From Eutreptiella sp. 'Long Island Sound 2002' (lineage: Eukaryota; Protista; Euglenida), in contig OZ038378.1 in assembly GCA_964036045.1 (NCBI GenBank), forward strand, positions 56,048,001-56,112,000: a stretch of 64,000 nucleotides of DNA. Reading direction: 5' to 3'. The notes under the pieces were generated by a model that was given only the letters and a program-made list of their open reading frames with translations, did no database searches and was not told the origin of the DNA. Below are positions 1 to 13,020 of the stretch, in pieces. A program made the translations under genes and the position numbers. Position 1 is the stretch's first letter; the number at the start of each line of letters is the position of its first letter.

Positions 1-164
1 CCGACACGGTCAACCCATGACCCCCGTGGCAGGGTAGGGGAGCAGGCGGGGCGGGCGGCCGGGCAACATAATTCACAGACCTAGGGGGGTTTGTTCCTTG
101 TTTGTCCATGTGCTTTCTTTCCACAAACAGTGGATCACTTTTGCCCTGTTTTACAACTTTACCG

Positions 165-195
165 AAAATTTATTTGTGTGTCTGTCTTTTATCAG
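165..195 (+). promoter_or_regulatory. Polypyrimidine tract + AG splice (possibly trans-splice) acceptor upstream of the gag-like ATG
   Basis: tttatttgtgtgtctgtcttttatcAG (AG at 194-195), with ATG at 209. Confidence 0.5.
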
Positions 196-208
196 AATTT
201 CCGCCAAG

Positions 209-907
209 ATGAACATGCTCACTTCCCCATTTAAGAAGCCCACACAAGAGCAGTTAGCTTCGGCTTCCAACACCCAACCTTCGGCGGCGGAGCCGAGCCA
301 CCCCGACGAGACGTCTACCGTTGAGCTAAAGGCGATGTTGCTACAACAATAGTAGGCGATGGGTGCAATGCAGACGCGGCCCGAGGTGCTGTCGGTGGCG
401 GAGAACACCAGTGTGCCAGACCTGACAGTGGAGGCTCTCGATCAGATTATGACGCAAAACCACGTGGCTTAGAGGATGCGACAGACCGGAGATGCCCTCA
501 GGGGTTACATCCAGCATGCACACAAGGCAGTAGAGCAACCTTGGGAGGCCCTGGGGACGACAACGGACTGCAAAAGAGGCAATGTGTGGGCCTACCGCGT
601 TTGGAGTATTTTGCTGGATTCGCGGTTTGCCTACGCCGGCCGCTACCAGTCAGACAATAAGGGGCACTCGGATCCGGGCAATCCGCTGCACACTTTGCGG
701 TGGCCGGAGGCGGTGAAGTGTGAAGGACCCAAATTTACCTATAAAGGTATTCGCTTCTCCACCCGCCAAGGAGTGCTACACTGGGTAAGCCACAAAGGCC
801 GTTGGATCCCCGTGACGGCGCCTCCCTCGGGGAACTGCCAATGCTGTGCGAAGCAAGGACTCACAGGGGAGGAGCTGCGCCATTGGCACTTTCAGTGCGC
901 AAGATGA
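209..907 (+). pseudogene. gag-like ORF1 of a tyrosine-recombinase element
   Basis: One frame from ATG 209 (MNMLTSPF...LLQQ**AMGAM...HVA*RMRQ...) is broken only by TAGs at 350, 353 and 470. It ends in a Cys/His cluster (CQCC...HWHFQC) and lies directly upstream of the YR gene. Confidence 0.55.
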
Positions 908-913
908 TCCTGA

Positions 914-1990
914 TTGGACTGCGCAGCGTGCGGCAGACATGGCTGGGGATGGCCCTTCTTATGCCGTGACGCCGCTGGGGGAATCGGTCAGCCCACCGCA
1001 CCCCAAGCCACGATCGTGCCGCAAATGTGCGGGTCATTCGGATTTGTGGCCGTCCAATGGACTATGGCCGTTGCGGCCTCTTCATCATGCAGCGTTGCAT
1101 CGCGGGGAGTGCGAAGCTGGGCGGCGAGAACCAAAATACGGTATCGATCGGCGCTCACGGCCATCGCCCACTTCGGAAAGGGCGTCCTTCAGCCGCCGCT
1201 GGGGGAGGTACTGGGGGATTTTCTGGCCACTAAGGTGGTGACGGGCTTGTCCCGCTCCACCTTCCAGGGGTACGTATCGGCTACAAGAGCCGCCGAAGAT
1301 CTGGAGTTCATCCCACCATGCATACAACAGATCCACTGTCCAGTGGCAAAGTCGGGCCGGACCACACCGGGGCAGCCTTACGTCGGACCTAAGGGACTCG
1401 CCGCGTTGTGGGAAGGTGCCGACAATCCGCAGCTGTAGGGGGTGGCCGCCTTGGCGATGCTATACCGGAAGTTCTTCTTGCGTATCTCGCAAGCAGCTTC
1501 CATCACCCCGAGAGATCTCCAGTTAGACGCCTTCCTTGGTTTCTTCTCTACAAAAGTGGGCGGGCTCTAACAGCTCCCCGTGGAACCGTGGTGTGTTGCA
1601 TGGATCATGCATCTCCGCGCGTTCCCCGAGGCGACGGCGTTGCCCAAAGGCCAACTGGTGTTCCGCGGCAGGGCCGAGTTTCTGTCGGAGTCGTTCTCAC
1701 GCATGTTGGCCGACACCACCCACGCGAAGTGCCGATGGCATGGGCTCAGAAGGCGTGGGGTCGCGGCGGCGTACCACCGTAAGGCCATCGTGGCCTACTT
1801 TGTCTAGTGGAGCAGGTGGCGGAGAGTGGCAACGGTGTTGGAATATGCGCTGGAGTATAGTGATTGTGCTGTGGTGGGTGATCTTCGCCTGCCTCTACTG
1901 GGCGGGTGCACTGGCGGGCCGTGCTCCCTGCCGAGGACATCTGGGGTAGGGCGATGTACCTGTCCACGTGTGCGAATGCTAAGCGCACTT
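914..1990 (+). pseudogene. Tyrosine recombinase (DIRS/VIPER/Crypton-type YR)
   Basis: A single frame read through stops at 1436, 1568 and 1805 gives a SAM-like segment (LSRSTFQGYVSA), then FLRISQA (R), STKVG (K), WHGLRRRG (HxxR), WSRW and LEY (Y). Confidence 0.85.
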
Positions 1991-2471
1991 TGAAACCTGC
2001 TCTGAAGGACCCTGCACTGGATGCGCTCGTGGTTGCTCTGTTACACCATGGGCTAGAGACGCCTTCGGCTGGGTTGGGTGAGCTCCATAGTGGCACCGAG
2101 TCTTCGTCACTGTCCAGCATCTCCGAAACCGACGAGCCTCCCCGGCCAACTAGACAGTGGAGGGGCGCAACGACACCCGTCTGGGAAGAACCCCAGTCGT
2201 TCGTCCCAGGATCCGATCCGGCCAAGAATGCCGCATTGGCGTAGCAGTCAGCTTCGTGTCCCGAACGCAAACGGGCGGCTTTCAAATGCGGAGTATCGTC
2301 AAAGAGGGTGCCGAAGTGTGGGGGTCCTATGGGCGGTAGATGTTGTGTCTACTAGTGGGTGGGTTGGTTGGTTCCTTAGTTTGATGACTGACTGGTTTAA
2401 TGGTGGGTTGTTCGTTGGGCTTGTTGGGAGGTTGGGTTCTTTGGCGTGTTGGGTTGGTTGATGGGTAGTTG

Positions 2472-2483
2472 CCCTTGGTACAC
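2472..2483 (+). other. Putative left terminus CCCTTGGTACAC, same as the TIR of the 8631-11837 element
   Basis: Exact 12-nt match to 8631-8642, about 240 bp upstream of the transposase ATG. Confidence 0.4.
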
Positions 2484-2715
2484 ATTTGAACATGAATTTT
2501 GTTCCGGTGAGAAGATTCCAAATGGGAGCAACTCTGTATGTCTTTCCAATAGGGAGGCATGACATTTCTTGTTACATTTGTGCCTTGTTGCCGTGTCTAG
2601 TGCTTCTTCTTAGTGCTGTTCGTTTGTACAAACGCTACGTTGGTCCAAAGAAATTTTTCATTGGGTTTAATCATTTTGAACTTTGGTCATCCATGTTCAT
2701 TTTTCGTAGATCACC

Positions 2716-4420
2716 ATGCCCGTGAAACTGACCTGAGTTGAAGAAGTAACCGCCCACCTTGTCCATTTGGCGGGTGCGGTTAGCCTTCAAGATGGGGCGC
2801 TTTTGGCAGAATGGGCCATCTCCTCCACACAAGCTCAGCGCCAATTTGCTGTGGCCATGTGTTTTGCCCAACCTGCTTGTGTTCTGGAGGTACAGCAGGA
2901 GGCAATCATTGAGTACGCCACCAAGGTCCTTACCCGAGAGGAGTGTTGCGAATTCATCTTACACCTGCGTGTGCCGAAATCAGTATGGCGTACCCTTTCC
3001 GAAGTGTACACCCTCCGGGGCTTGAAGTACACGGCGGATACTGGGTTGCCCCTTGCTCGCCCAATCGCCCCCGAGAGGGCTTTCTAGCAGCACTGGCATG
3101 AGATGTTGGCCCTGCTTGAGCTAGAACCCCTGGTGAGCACATCCTACCCAAAGGCCACAGGCGTCATCTAGCCGTGGGCTTCGCGGCTTCGCTACATTGC
3201 GAGGCAGCTACCATTGTACCACATGATTGATTGGTCTTTCCCCTTGACATTCATTGTCAAGGGGGATGACTGTCCATGTGCTAGTGGGGAGTGGTCCCAA
3301 TTGAGCGTCTCCAATGTCATCTTGGGCCTCTGGGGATGCATCCGCACATGGGTATGGGTCATTACTTCCATGAGCGGGGACAAATAGGTGGCTACCTTGG
3401 CAACGCTTTGAAAAAGTAGTATTCAGGTGCGTTTTGTGCACCAACAATTGTCCCGGCGGTGTTGGAATAAGTGGTTCCGGCGGTGTTCCGATGGTGTTCC
3501 CGCCATTTTTTTTGAATGCCCATGGGAACAATTAGGTTTGGAGGACTCAACTTTGATTTTTCAGGCAATCCACCTCGTTGTGGACACGAAACGGGTGGTC
3601 TACGATGCCCGTGATCACCCGGCCGATGTTGGGCTGGGTGGCAACTCCCCGTGGGTGTGTCGCATCATTGGCCGTTCACCAGCCCCAAAAGTAGGGTCGC
3701 TCTTCAATGAGGCCACCTGGGATTGTGATGCCCGCGGTTGACGGAGCAAAGATGTGGTCCGGACGACTAAGGTGGATCATGACGAGCGGACATTCTCAGA
3801 TTCTTCTTGCTGGGGACGCCGTGCCTTACGGCTGCTTGGTGGACTTGCTTGTGGTCGTCGCTCGCTACCGCGTTGTCATGTGCATTTGCGCTGCTGCATG
3901 GCAATGGGGCAGCTAAAAATGGCCAACATCCAACGGCTGGCCAATGATTAGCTTGCCCTCTGTGATCAGGTAACTCGCGCGGCCATCCCAGAAACGCTGT
4001 ACGAACATCACATGCTGTTTACGAAAGTCTTTCTCCCCGGATGGTGAGGAGACCTCTCGTCTCTTTGCTGAGTGGCCAAACTTGGCCTTGTTTTTGGCCG
4101 CAGCGCCGGAGGAGCCGCTCTACAAGGTGGTTGCTGGTATGGCACAATTGTGCCGGGCTATAGCGGCTGCCTTCTGTCATCATTGTGCACTCAGGTTTGT
4201 GTGCTACTACCTCCTTTTATTGAAGGCGAATGTAGACCGCTTGTTGGAGGACATATTGGCTTTCGGCATGGCAACGTTCTCTAACGACATCGTTGAGAGG
4301 TTCGACAGGTTCTTGAAGTAGGCCTTTAACAAGCGTAGGGCCCAGGTCGGTGGCAAGTAAAAGGCAAAAGGGTAGAGTGCTTGTAGACCCCCTGAGGCCT
4401 CGGTGAAATCAGACGGCGAC
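2716..4420 (+). pseudogene. RAG1/Transib/Chapaev-like DDE transposase, copy A
   Basis: Acceptor ttttcgtAG (2708-2709), then ATG 2716. Motifs: FIVKGDD (D1, 3265), GLGGNSP (D2 position, 3643, D>N), CI(L)RCCMAMG, PDGEE, ATFSNDIVERFDRFLK (E, 4295). Collinear with copy C at 54.2-56.0 kb. Has stops and frameshifts. Confidence 0.7.
3427..3564 (+). other. GT-AG spliceosomal intron in transposase copy A
   Basis: CAG|GTGCGT...TTTGATTTTTCAG|GCAATC. 138 nt, phase 0, joining SSIQ to AIH. Same position as the intron in copy C. Confidence 0.7.
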
Positions 4421-5439
4421 GCCCTAGGGCAAGTGCTCGGATTGGTGTTTCTATACTTTCACATCCACTTGCAGCAACACGATGTTGTTCGCCGTGTTCC
4501 TTGTGTTCCCTAGAGTCCATACCCGATCCATATATGGATACCCAGTCTGGGGTACGGGTGGAGTCCCTTGGCAGCGGCATGCGGGGCTAGGAGATGGCTT
4601 CAGGGCAGTGGAAGGGCGAGTGTGTGAGTGGAAAAGGTACAAGCGGGCATGTTGAAGTGGCTCGGCGACCCAACGCATGCGGCGGGGATGGGTACCATGG
4701 GGGAACGGTCATGCGCAGAAGTTTACCCTGACGGCAAGCCAAACACGCACACTGGTGGGCATACCGCCGTAGCCCAGGGGAGCGGAAGCGCTAGGCTTTA
4801 CCCTGTGGCCATTGTGAACCTGAACCGGGGGGACGTGAGCAACTGATCCTGGTTTGAATCTAGGGACGCAGAGGGTGGGCACATAGGGAGATGAGGGACT
4901 TGGGGGACGTGAAGGTCGCCGTGACAGATATACGGGGGGCAACCGAGGACGAATGGTGGCTACTAAAGGGGGGGTAGGTGTTGGAGGCTGTCCGGTCTGG
5001 GTTGAGCAAACGAGACCATGTTTATGTGCTTTTCCGTGGATTGGGAGGGGGGTGGGACGATGTGGCCGGGAAGGGCGGACCGCTGGTTGACCCCCCGGTT
5101 TCATGTATACTTGGGTTGCCGGCATAGGAAACATGATGTCCACATGGCATTTTGTGATGCACAAATGATGCACATATGATGCACACGTAACGTGCTAGAA
5201 TGCACAAATGATGCACACATTTAACGGCATGCACGCCATGGTATGGCACATAACAACTTGACGTTTTGTGTTGCCCTCAACAAGGCTGACGAAATGACGC
5301 GCATACTGTTCCGGACGGGCATGGCCATGTTGTGGAGCAAGGGAGAAAAGTGAGCTAACGAACGGCTTTGGAGATCCTATGGATATCCATAAAATATGGC
5401 CATACATCCATACAATATATGGATGTGGAGACCCATGAA

Positions 5440-5690
5440 TCCAGTCTTCCTCCAGCAGCCCGGTTCGTTGCGAACGTAGCTACGCCGCCGGTGGCGTAGA
5501 AGCCCCGGAGATGAGCCTTGTCGATTCGCCCGCTGCCTCTCACAGCACTGGGTTCCCAGACAACGAGCTGGAACCCGAAGGCCACACATCGCGCAAAACC
5601 TCATGGGTTAGAAAACCGGACACCAAGCAGCAAAAGTCCCGCAAGCCCCCCCGAGTGAGACAACAAATCAGCGAGAGCGAAACAATCCTG
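5440..5690 (-). pseudogene. Possible 3' fragment of an RLE-type non-LTR retrotransposon
   Basis: Across a frameshift: Cys cluster, then HEVLRD...GFQLVVWEPSAVRGSGRID, resembling the H..RD...EP....R.D signature. Confidence 0.3.
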
Positions 5691-7129
5691 TGTATGATGT
5701 GTGCGCCATAGCATGCTATGGCCACGAGTGGCCCTTGCTACCGGCTATGTGCTAGGGGCTACGGTCTCAGGTTTGGGCGGTCGCTAGGGGTGAGGGGCTA
5801 GGTTGTGCATCATGGCATGCCATGGCCGCGAGTGGCGTTTGCTAGGGCCCAGGGACTAGGGGCGAGGGGATGAGCCGTCCCGCGCAGTGCGGGATTGCCG
5901 ATTTTGTCTTCTCAGGGGTTGCCCAAAATACCACAGGTGGTCCGCCGATCTATTTGGTCACCCAAGGGTGTGGTGTCCCAGCAGTCTTGTCACCTGAGGG
6001 GTTAGCCAACCCCCTGGGGTGTTGTGCCCAATTGATATGGTCCCCGGGGGAGTTACCGTTGGTACGCGTTTGAACGTAATGGCCAAATGGTTCTCGTGTT
6101 CAAACGAAAATGGGTGGAACAAAAAAAGTTCGAAGTTTGTTTCCGCCCCGACCAACCACATCCCAAACATGCTAGGAAAATGTGTTGCTTGCGAGCTTAG
6201 GGGCATCCCACTGGTACTTTAAGTTTTGCCGTTTTTGGCATTGGCGTCCGAAAACAAGTTGGTTTCGGGAACAGCACACCACCCAAACACCGCCGGAACA
6301 AGTTACTAGAACACTACAAAAAAAAGTTTCACAAAAAAATCAAAGCATGTATGGGTGCCCCATAGTAAAAACTAGGCAGGTGACACTGCGGACAATGGGT
6401 CATGGGCTATCCCCCCATAGGGCAATGTTGCGTAGACCTCCTTGGTGGTTGGTAGCCTGACCCGCACCTGAGTACTTTTCCCGCTAGTTTGTTGTTACTT
6501 TTTCACATCAACATTTCCATGACTTTTTTTTAAGTCGGGGCAAAGGCTCTCCCCCATTTTGTGCCATGCGTGGTGCTTGTTTTCCCCAATGGGTGTCCGG
6601 ATGCACATTGCTTGGGGCATGGGGTAACCACCCCTAGCTATTTGCATTTCAAACTGTGGCGACCCATGATAAATAGTGTCTGCTACTCCTAGTTCAGATC
6701 AAGATTTGCCGACGTTTTCCAAAGTTGAGGATGCGCTTTCTTCCATGGTTGTGCCTTGTTGTTGTGTGTTGTGATGGGAAGGACTAAGTTATGAGTAATA
6801 GGAAGTATATGAGTGGGGGGGGGGGGTCTTGGGGTGTGAAGCAAGGACCACAAACCAGCAACCATGTGGTGGGAAAGCCCCTTTGCGCCCCCTCATCGCA
6901 CAACCTCTCCAAAGGTGAGACTGACTATCTTCAACTTGGGGGAGAAGCGTGATGGTACCTCGGCTTATGTCTAGTTCCGATGAAGGCTAGGGAAGGTGGG
7001 CCTCTTCTCTTTTTTTCACGTTGTTGTCGCTAGAATTTTGGCAAGAGCACTTCCCTTAGGTGGGTAGAACCACCGGTGTGTTGTGCTGGCCACCAGCAAA
7101 GGGGGGGGGGACCAAGCTCTTAGTTGTGG

Positions 7130-8235
7130 TGGCACAATGTAGCCTACCCACCCTTAGACAAGGTGGTGCGGTACGCCACCTTTGTGCGCCCCTAACCTCA
7201 GCACCCTCAAGAGAGGTGCTTATTCAGCATTGCGGTGTTTGGTTTGTGCAGTTAGCATATCGTATGATGATTTTTTCCCACAACGCAGTTGTTGTCTGCT
7301 CATTGCTCCGGTGTTTTTCTCACGATTGTGGTCATAAAAAAGGAAGGTCAAAAGGATCAACAATGGGGTGAACATCACAGGTTTTCGCATGTAATATTGA
7401 TTGAGCACCGATTGCAATTGTAGGACTCCTGACAAAACAAACGGTGTACCGATGATATTGATCCCTTGCACTTTCCAAGTCCTCAACGGCATGTGAAATC
7501 TTATTAGAAGTCCCCTTCCCAAATGATTGGTCCGAACAGGACAAGTTTCAGCAGCCTCCGGTGAACTCCACAAAACCGTCCGCTGTTGGGCTCCAACAAT
7601 GTTGATGCTTGATCTGCGAGGATAGCGGTGGCAACTATGAGAACATAATTAGCCAGGCACACACTCCCCTCTCCACTGTGGAGAGCATCAAGTTACTGAT
7701 CCCACTCTCTACGATCTTCAGCCAGAGCTTTTTGAAGCAGGTTGCTTGGGGCCCCATTTGTACTTCACCTCCCGAAAATTCCCATCCTTCCACCAATGCT
7801 AAAGCCAAGGCCGAACCGTCTCTGAAGAAATGAGGAGTGCCTTGGGGGCTGTTAGGTCCTACTCCATGGCTGGAGCATGTGGCCCGTCATGGCGTGCCTT
7901 TGTGACAACTTGCGTTTGCCACTCTCCTTCAAATGCAAAACCAAATTTGCGGGCACATCAAATGCTTCCATGAAAAAATCACCTTTGGAAATAAACAATG
8001 CGCAAAATGACTAGCCGTTTTCAATGATTGCCACTTCTGAAAGTCCAAGAAAAGCCCCAGCGTTCTTAACTATGGCGTTTTTGTATATGGCATTTCATAT
8101 TATGGCCATTCTACCTTATGGCCGGAACAATACGCTGCCCACCCTTAGACAAAGTGGTGCCGTATGCCGCCTTTGTGCCCCCGTAATCTCAACCCAGTCG
8201 GACAAGGTGGTTATTCAGCATTGCGCTGTTTGGTT
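7130..8235. repeat. Dispersed repeat pair (about 7130-7260 and 8125-8235)
   Basis: Both contain cccacccttagacaa.gtggtgc.gta.gcc.cctttgtgc....ttattcagcattgcg.tgtttggtt. Confidence 0.7.
7400..7830 (-). pseudogene. Possible highly degraded LINE RT C-terminal fragment
   Basis: GSVCLANYVLIVAT...GINIIGTPF resembles the late RT motifs, but no intact YxDD is present. Confidence 0.2.
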
Positions 8236-8630
8236 GGATGGATCTGCTTGTATTGGTTTGAGATAAAAAAAAACGTGACCGTCATATACTTGCGACCTGT
8301 GGGTAGGGTGCATCCGTGCGTGTGTGCGCGCGCTCACCCAATTGCCACCAAACCCCGCTTGCCAAGGGCTTGCCCCCCCTCCCCCCTCCCCCTCAACTTT
8401 CAACGGAGAAGGCAAAATAAATCGCTCCGGCGACGTTCTGTTGTGTTGTAGCAGCGACGTTCCGATGGTGTTCAAGCGTTTTCGGGCGTTCAAAATTCAA
8501 ACCCCGCCGCAACAAGTTACTGGAACACTGGCGGAAAAAGTTCTTGGGCAGGATGCCAAACAGTTTTTTTGGTCCGGTTGGCCCTCATCAATTCATGACA
8601 AGCGGCAAAAGGGTGTGCCGTGGAGTGCTT

Positions 8631-11600
8631 CCCTTGGTACACGCTAGAAGACGCAATCTCATTCTAGGCTAGAACTTCTAGCCTAGATGTTCTAACCTAG
8701 AAAAAATCCATACTAGAACAATATAATAGCCTGGGTACAACGCAAAAAACCAATCATCACAGTGGGTTGGGGGGGGGGGTGCATGGCACATACACTCATA
8801 GCAAACAACACACTAGAGCAAGGCTAGAAGAAGGCTAGAACAAAAACGTGCACACACATTTGGCAAGTAAACAACACCAATGTGGGAGTGGGGGGGGGGT
8901 TCCATGACAGGTAGACACATAGAAACCATCAAATTTGGTACATGTCTAGTCATATGTGCGCACACACAAACACACAGGCATGCACGCACACGTTTTGACA
9001 TAGGCACGGGAATTGTGGGGCTCCTCTCCCTTCAAGCGTGTGGGGCTGCCCTCCCTTCAAGTGTTGGGGGGGGGCGTCTTTACTTTTGTCACACATTTTT
9101 AGGGGGGGCTTGAGAACTACCTTGGGGGGGGGGGTGGAACTCAAGGGTCTGGGAGGGTGTTCTTTTCTTTGCTTCACACCTAGTGTTTTATCATATTTTT
9201 AGGATATTTGACGGATATAATGCAATTTCAAGTTATAGGTGTGCAAATTGGACCTATATTACCATATTAGGGGGTACATACCTTGTTTTTCTGGAAAAAA
9301 CACATTTTTTGACCTGAAAATCAACAAGTACAAAAACCCGTTCTAGCGACGTTGTAGCGCCGTTCTTCGGCCGCCCCGCTAGAACGGCGCTATAACGTCG
9401 ATAGAACGCTTGGGTAGAACAAAAACATGCACACACATTTGGCAAGTGAAAGATACCAATGTGGGAAGGGAGGGGGGTTCCATGACACATAGACACATAG
9501 AAACCGTCACATTTGGTACACGTCTAGTCATATGCGCGCGCGCACACACACACATGCACGCACACATTTTGACATAGGCACAGGCACTGTGGGGCTACCC
9601 TCCCTTGAAGCGTTGGTTGGGGGGGGGCGTCTTTGCTTTTGTCACAAATTTTTGGGGGGGGGGCTTGAGAACTACCTTTGGGGGGGGGTTGAACTCAGGG
9701 GTCTGGGAGGGTGTTCTTTTCTTTGTTTCACATGTGGTTTTTTATTGGATTTTTACGATATCTGACTGACGAAATGCAATTTCAAGTTGCAAGTATGCCA
9801 TGCTATCTTGTGCAGTGTTGAGGTGTGTTGTGGTCTGGTAAGGTCTAAAATGGTATTATGCGGTGTGGTGTGCTGTGGTGTGCTGCGGTCTGCTGTAGTG
9901 CGTGATCTGATGTGGTGTGCTACGTTGTGCGGGGGGGGGGGGGGGTAGTGTGTCGTGGTCACATGACGTGCGCTGAGGTGTGCTGTGCTGTCATGTGGTG
10001 CGGTCGGGTGTCATGTGGTGGGGTGTGGTGTCATGCGGCGTAATGTGTTGTGGTGGGGTATCATGCAATAGGCTTGCCTGTTTGGTTGGTTGAATGGTGT
10101 GTTGGTTGCTTGGCAGGTTGGGTTGTTTGGCAGCTTGGGATATTTGTTGGGTGTTTGGTTGGTTGGGGCACACTGTGTGGTGTCTTCACCCTGTGGAATG
10201 CCGCTGTATGCTCTGTGATGTCACGTCTATGGGTACACATGTATTTACTGCCGTTCCACAAGAGGGTGGGGGTGGTGGTAAGTATTGAATATTTTTTTTC
10301 CAGCGGCGTTCTAGGGAACTGTTCCAGCGACGTTCTAGCGACGTTGTAGCGGCCTCTAGAACATCGCTAGAACGTCCCCACAACAGTTCGCGACCCCGCC
10401 GCTAGAACAAAAATAGTAAATGCTTACCAGCCCCCCCCCCCTCTCTTGCAATGGCAGCAAATGCATGTGTACCCACAGACATGACATCACAGGGCATACA
10501 ACAGCATACCAGAGCACACACCACACGGTGCAGACACCAAACAACGTGCCGCAAACGGCTAAACACCCATCAAATAACCCAAGCTGCCAAAGAGCTCAGC
10601 GTCGCATCAAGCCAAAGAAAACAAGCAACCAACACACTATGCAACCAAGCAGACGGCCAACCCTATTGTACGATACCCCACCACACCCCACCACATGACA
10701 CCCGACCACACCACATGACAACACAGCACATCACAAAGCACATCATGTGACCACAACACACCACGCCACTGCAAAGTACAACACACCATAGCAGATTACA
10801 CACCACAACAGACGACAACACAGTGTCATGTGGTGTGGTGTGGTAGGGTGGGGTATCATGCGATAGGCCTGCCTGTTTGGTTGGTTGAATGGTGTGTTGG
10901 TTGCTTGGCAGGTTGGGTTGTTTGGCGGCTCGGGTTGTTTGTTGGGTGTTTGGCTCGTTGGGGCATGCTGTGTGGTGTTTGCACCCTGTGGTGTGTGGTG
11001 TTGTATGCTATTGTATCCTCTGTGATGTCATATTTGTGGGTACACATGTATTTACTTCCATTCCAAGAGAGAGCGGGGCGGGGCTAGTAAGCATTTAATA
11101 TTTTTGTTCTAGCGGCGTCCTAAGGGACTGTTCTAGCGACGTTCTAGCGCCGCCGCTAGAACGCCGCTAGAGCATAAATAGCAAATGCTTACCAGCCCCC
11201 TCCCTCCCATGGAATGGCAGTAAATACATGTGTACCTACAGACATGACATCACAGAGCATACAACGGCATATGGCACCACACACCACAGGGCGCAGACAC
11301 TACACAGCATGCCCCAACCGTCTAAGCAACCAACAAATAACCCAAGCTGCCAAACAACCCAATCTGCCAAGCAACCAACACACCATTCAACCAGCCACAC
11401 CAACCAGACCACATGAAAACACAATACACCACAACGCACGTCATGTGACCACCACACAGTACCCCCCACACAGTACAACACACCACAACACACCAATCAC
11501 ACACTACGGCAGACCGCAGCAAACTGTTGTGGTGTGTTGTGGTCTCGTAAGATGTAAAGTGGTGTGGTGTGCTATGCTCTGGTCTGTTGTGGTGTGTAAC

Positions 11601-11837
11601 CTGCTATGGTGCGCTCTGCTGTGTAGTGGCGTGGTGTGTTGTGTTGTGGTCACATGAGGTGCGTTGTGGTGTGTTGCGGTACCATGTGGGGTGGTCTAGT
11701 GTCATGTGCTCTTGCCTAATGTCATGTGGTGTGGCCCCTATGCCCATGGGTCGGGGCAACCACTACTTTTTTCCGTTCTAGCCTTCTAGCGCCATCTAGG
11801 CTAGAACAAGATTGGGTCTTCTAGCGTGTACCAAGGG
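8631..11837. mobile_element. Non-autonomous TIR element with internal foldbacks
   Basis: Left end cccttggtacacgctagaagac.caatct; right end agattgggtcttctagcgtgtaccaaggg, its reverse complement. Has GCTAGAAC/GTTCTAGC subterminal repeats and an internal direct repeat (about 8810-9250 vs 9400-9800). No TSD resolved. Confidence 0.75.
9990..11520. repeat. Two tandem foldback hairpins (arms about 9990-10310/10395-10760 and 10820-11120/11150-11520)
   Basis: TG-rich and CA-rich arms are reverse complements, for example 10205-10308 vs 10395-10500. The hairpin tips are CTAG-rich. Confidence 0.8.
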
Positions 11838-12099
11838 TAGAGCCATGTGTAGGCACCGCCGTACGGCCTTGGGGAGCCACACCTCCATTGCACACCGCTC
11901 GGGTGGTGAACCCCCGACACAACTCGCAACACATACTAGCACGTTGGCACGTTGCCATTTGGACTGCGGGGGTGCACTGGTGGGCGCTACCGGGGGTTCG
12001 TAAGTGTGCGCCTTTGAAGCAGGGCATCCTCCACTTGTGGAAGGTGGTCTGTGGTTATTGGTCAGTGTTTGGTGGTTTGTCGTTTGAGGAGGGCATTCT

Positions 12100-13020
12100 C
12101 CTCTCGTTGATGGTGCTCTATGGGTTGTGGGCACCATTTAGTGGTTTCTAGACTGTGGATGGTGGTGTGTGGTCCATGGCGTGAGGTCTTTGGTCTGTGG
12201 CATGTGGTCCGTGGTTGGTGGGTTAGAGTCAGTGGTTGGTGGTGAGTGGTTGGTGGTCTGTGGTCATTGGTCAATGGTTGATGGATCGTGGTCCATAGTT
12301 GTTGCTTCGTGGTCTATGGTCTCCGGTTGGAGGCTTGTGGTTTGGGGTTTGTGCTTTGTGGTTTGTGGTCTATGGTTGGTGGTTGGTGGTCGATTGTTGG
12401 TCCTCTGTGATCTGTGGCCGCTGGTGTGGTTGGTGTTATGTGGTCTATGGCCTGCGCTGTCTAGTCTGCAGTTGGTGGTATATGGTTCGTGGTCTGTGGT
12501 TGGTGTTCTATGGTCTTTGGTGTGTGGTTCGTGAAGTGTGGTTGGTGGTTTGTGGTCGTAGAACTGTGGTTGGTGGTCTCTACTTCGTGGTGTGCGGTTC
12601 ATGGTTTGCGGGCTGTGATCCATGGTTGGTGGTCTATGGTTCGTGGTGCGTGGTTGCTGGTTGGTGGTCTGTGGTCTGTGGTCTATGGTCTGTGGTTGGT
12701 GGTGTGCAGTCCATGGTCTGTGGTTTGTGGTCCAGGGGGTGTGGTGTGTGGTGTGTGGTTGGTGGACTGTGGTTCGTGATTTGGTTGATTGATGCTTGTT
12801 TGTGGTCTGTGGTCTATGGTTTGTGGCTGGAGAACGAAATGGGGTAATCTAGCATCTACCAAGGGAGGCCAACAACAATCGACCACAGACCACCATACAC
12901 AGACCGTACAACACAAACCATAGGTCACCAACAGCCCACCACAAATGCTCAACCACAGTCCACCAACCACACACCACAACCCCTAGAGCACGAACCACAC
13001 ACCACCAACAATCGACCACG
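12100..13020. repeat. (TGGTC/TGGT)n degenerate microsatellite with an inverted CCACA tail
   Basis: Low-complexity tggtctgtggt repeats that switch to accaca repeats after about 12860. Confidence 0.85.

Larger units (their letters stand above)
209..2330 (+). mobile_element. Degenerate YR element with gag-YR order and no RT seen
   Basis: Adjacent gag-like and YR frames, followed by a short Ser/acidic ORF (1906-2244). No RT motif is visible before the next element at about 2472. Confidence 0.6.

Noticed and set aside
350-4420. TAG/TAA reassigned to Gln (alternative genetic code)
   Set aside because: TGA stops, frameshifts, catalytic substitutions and G>A changes on the opposite strand co-occur, so mutational decay explains it better.
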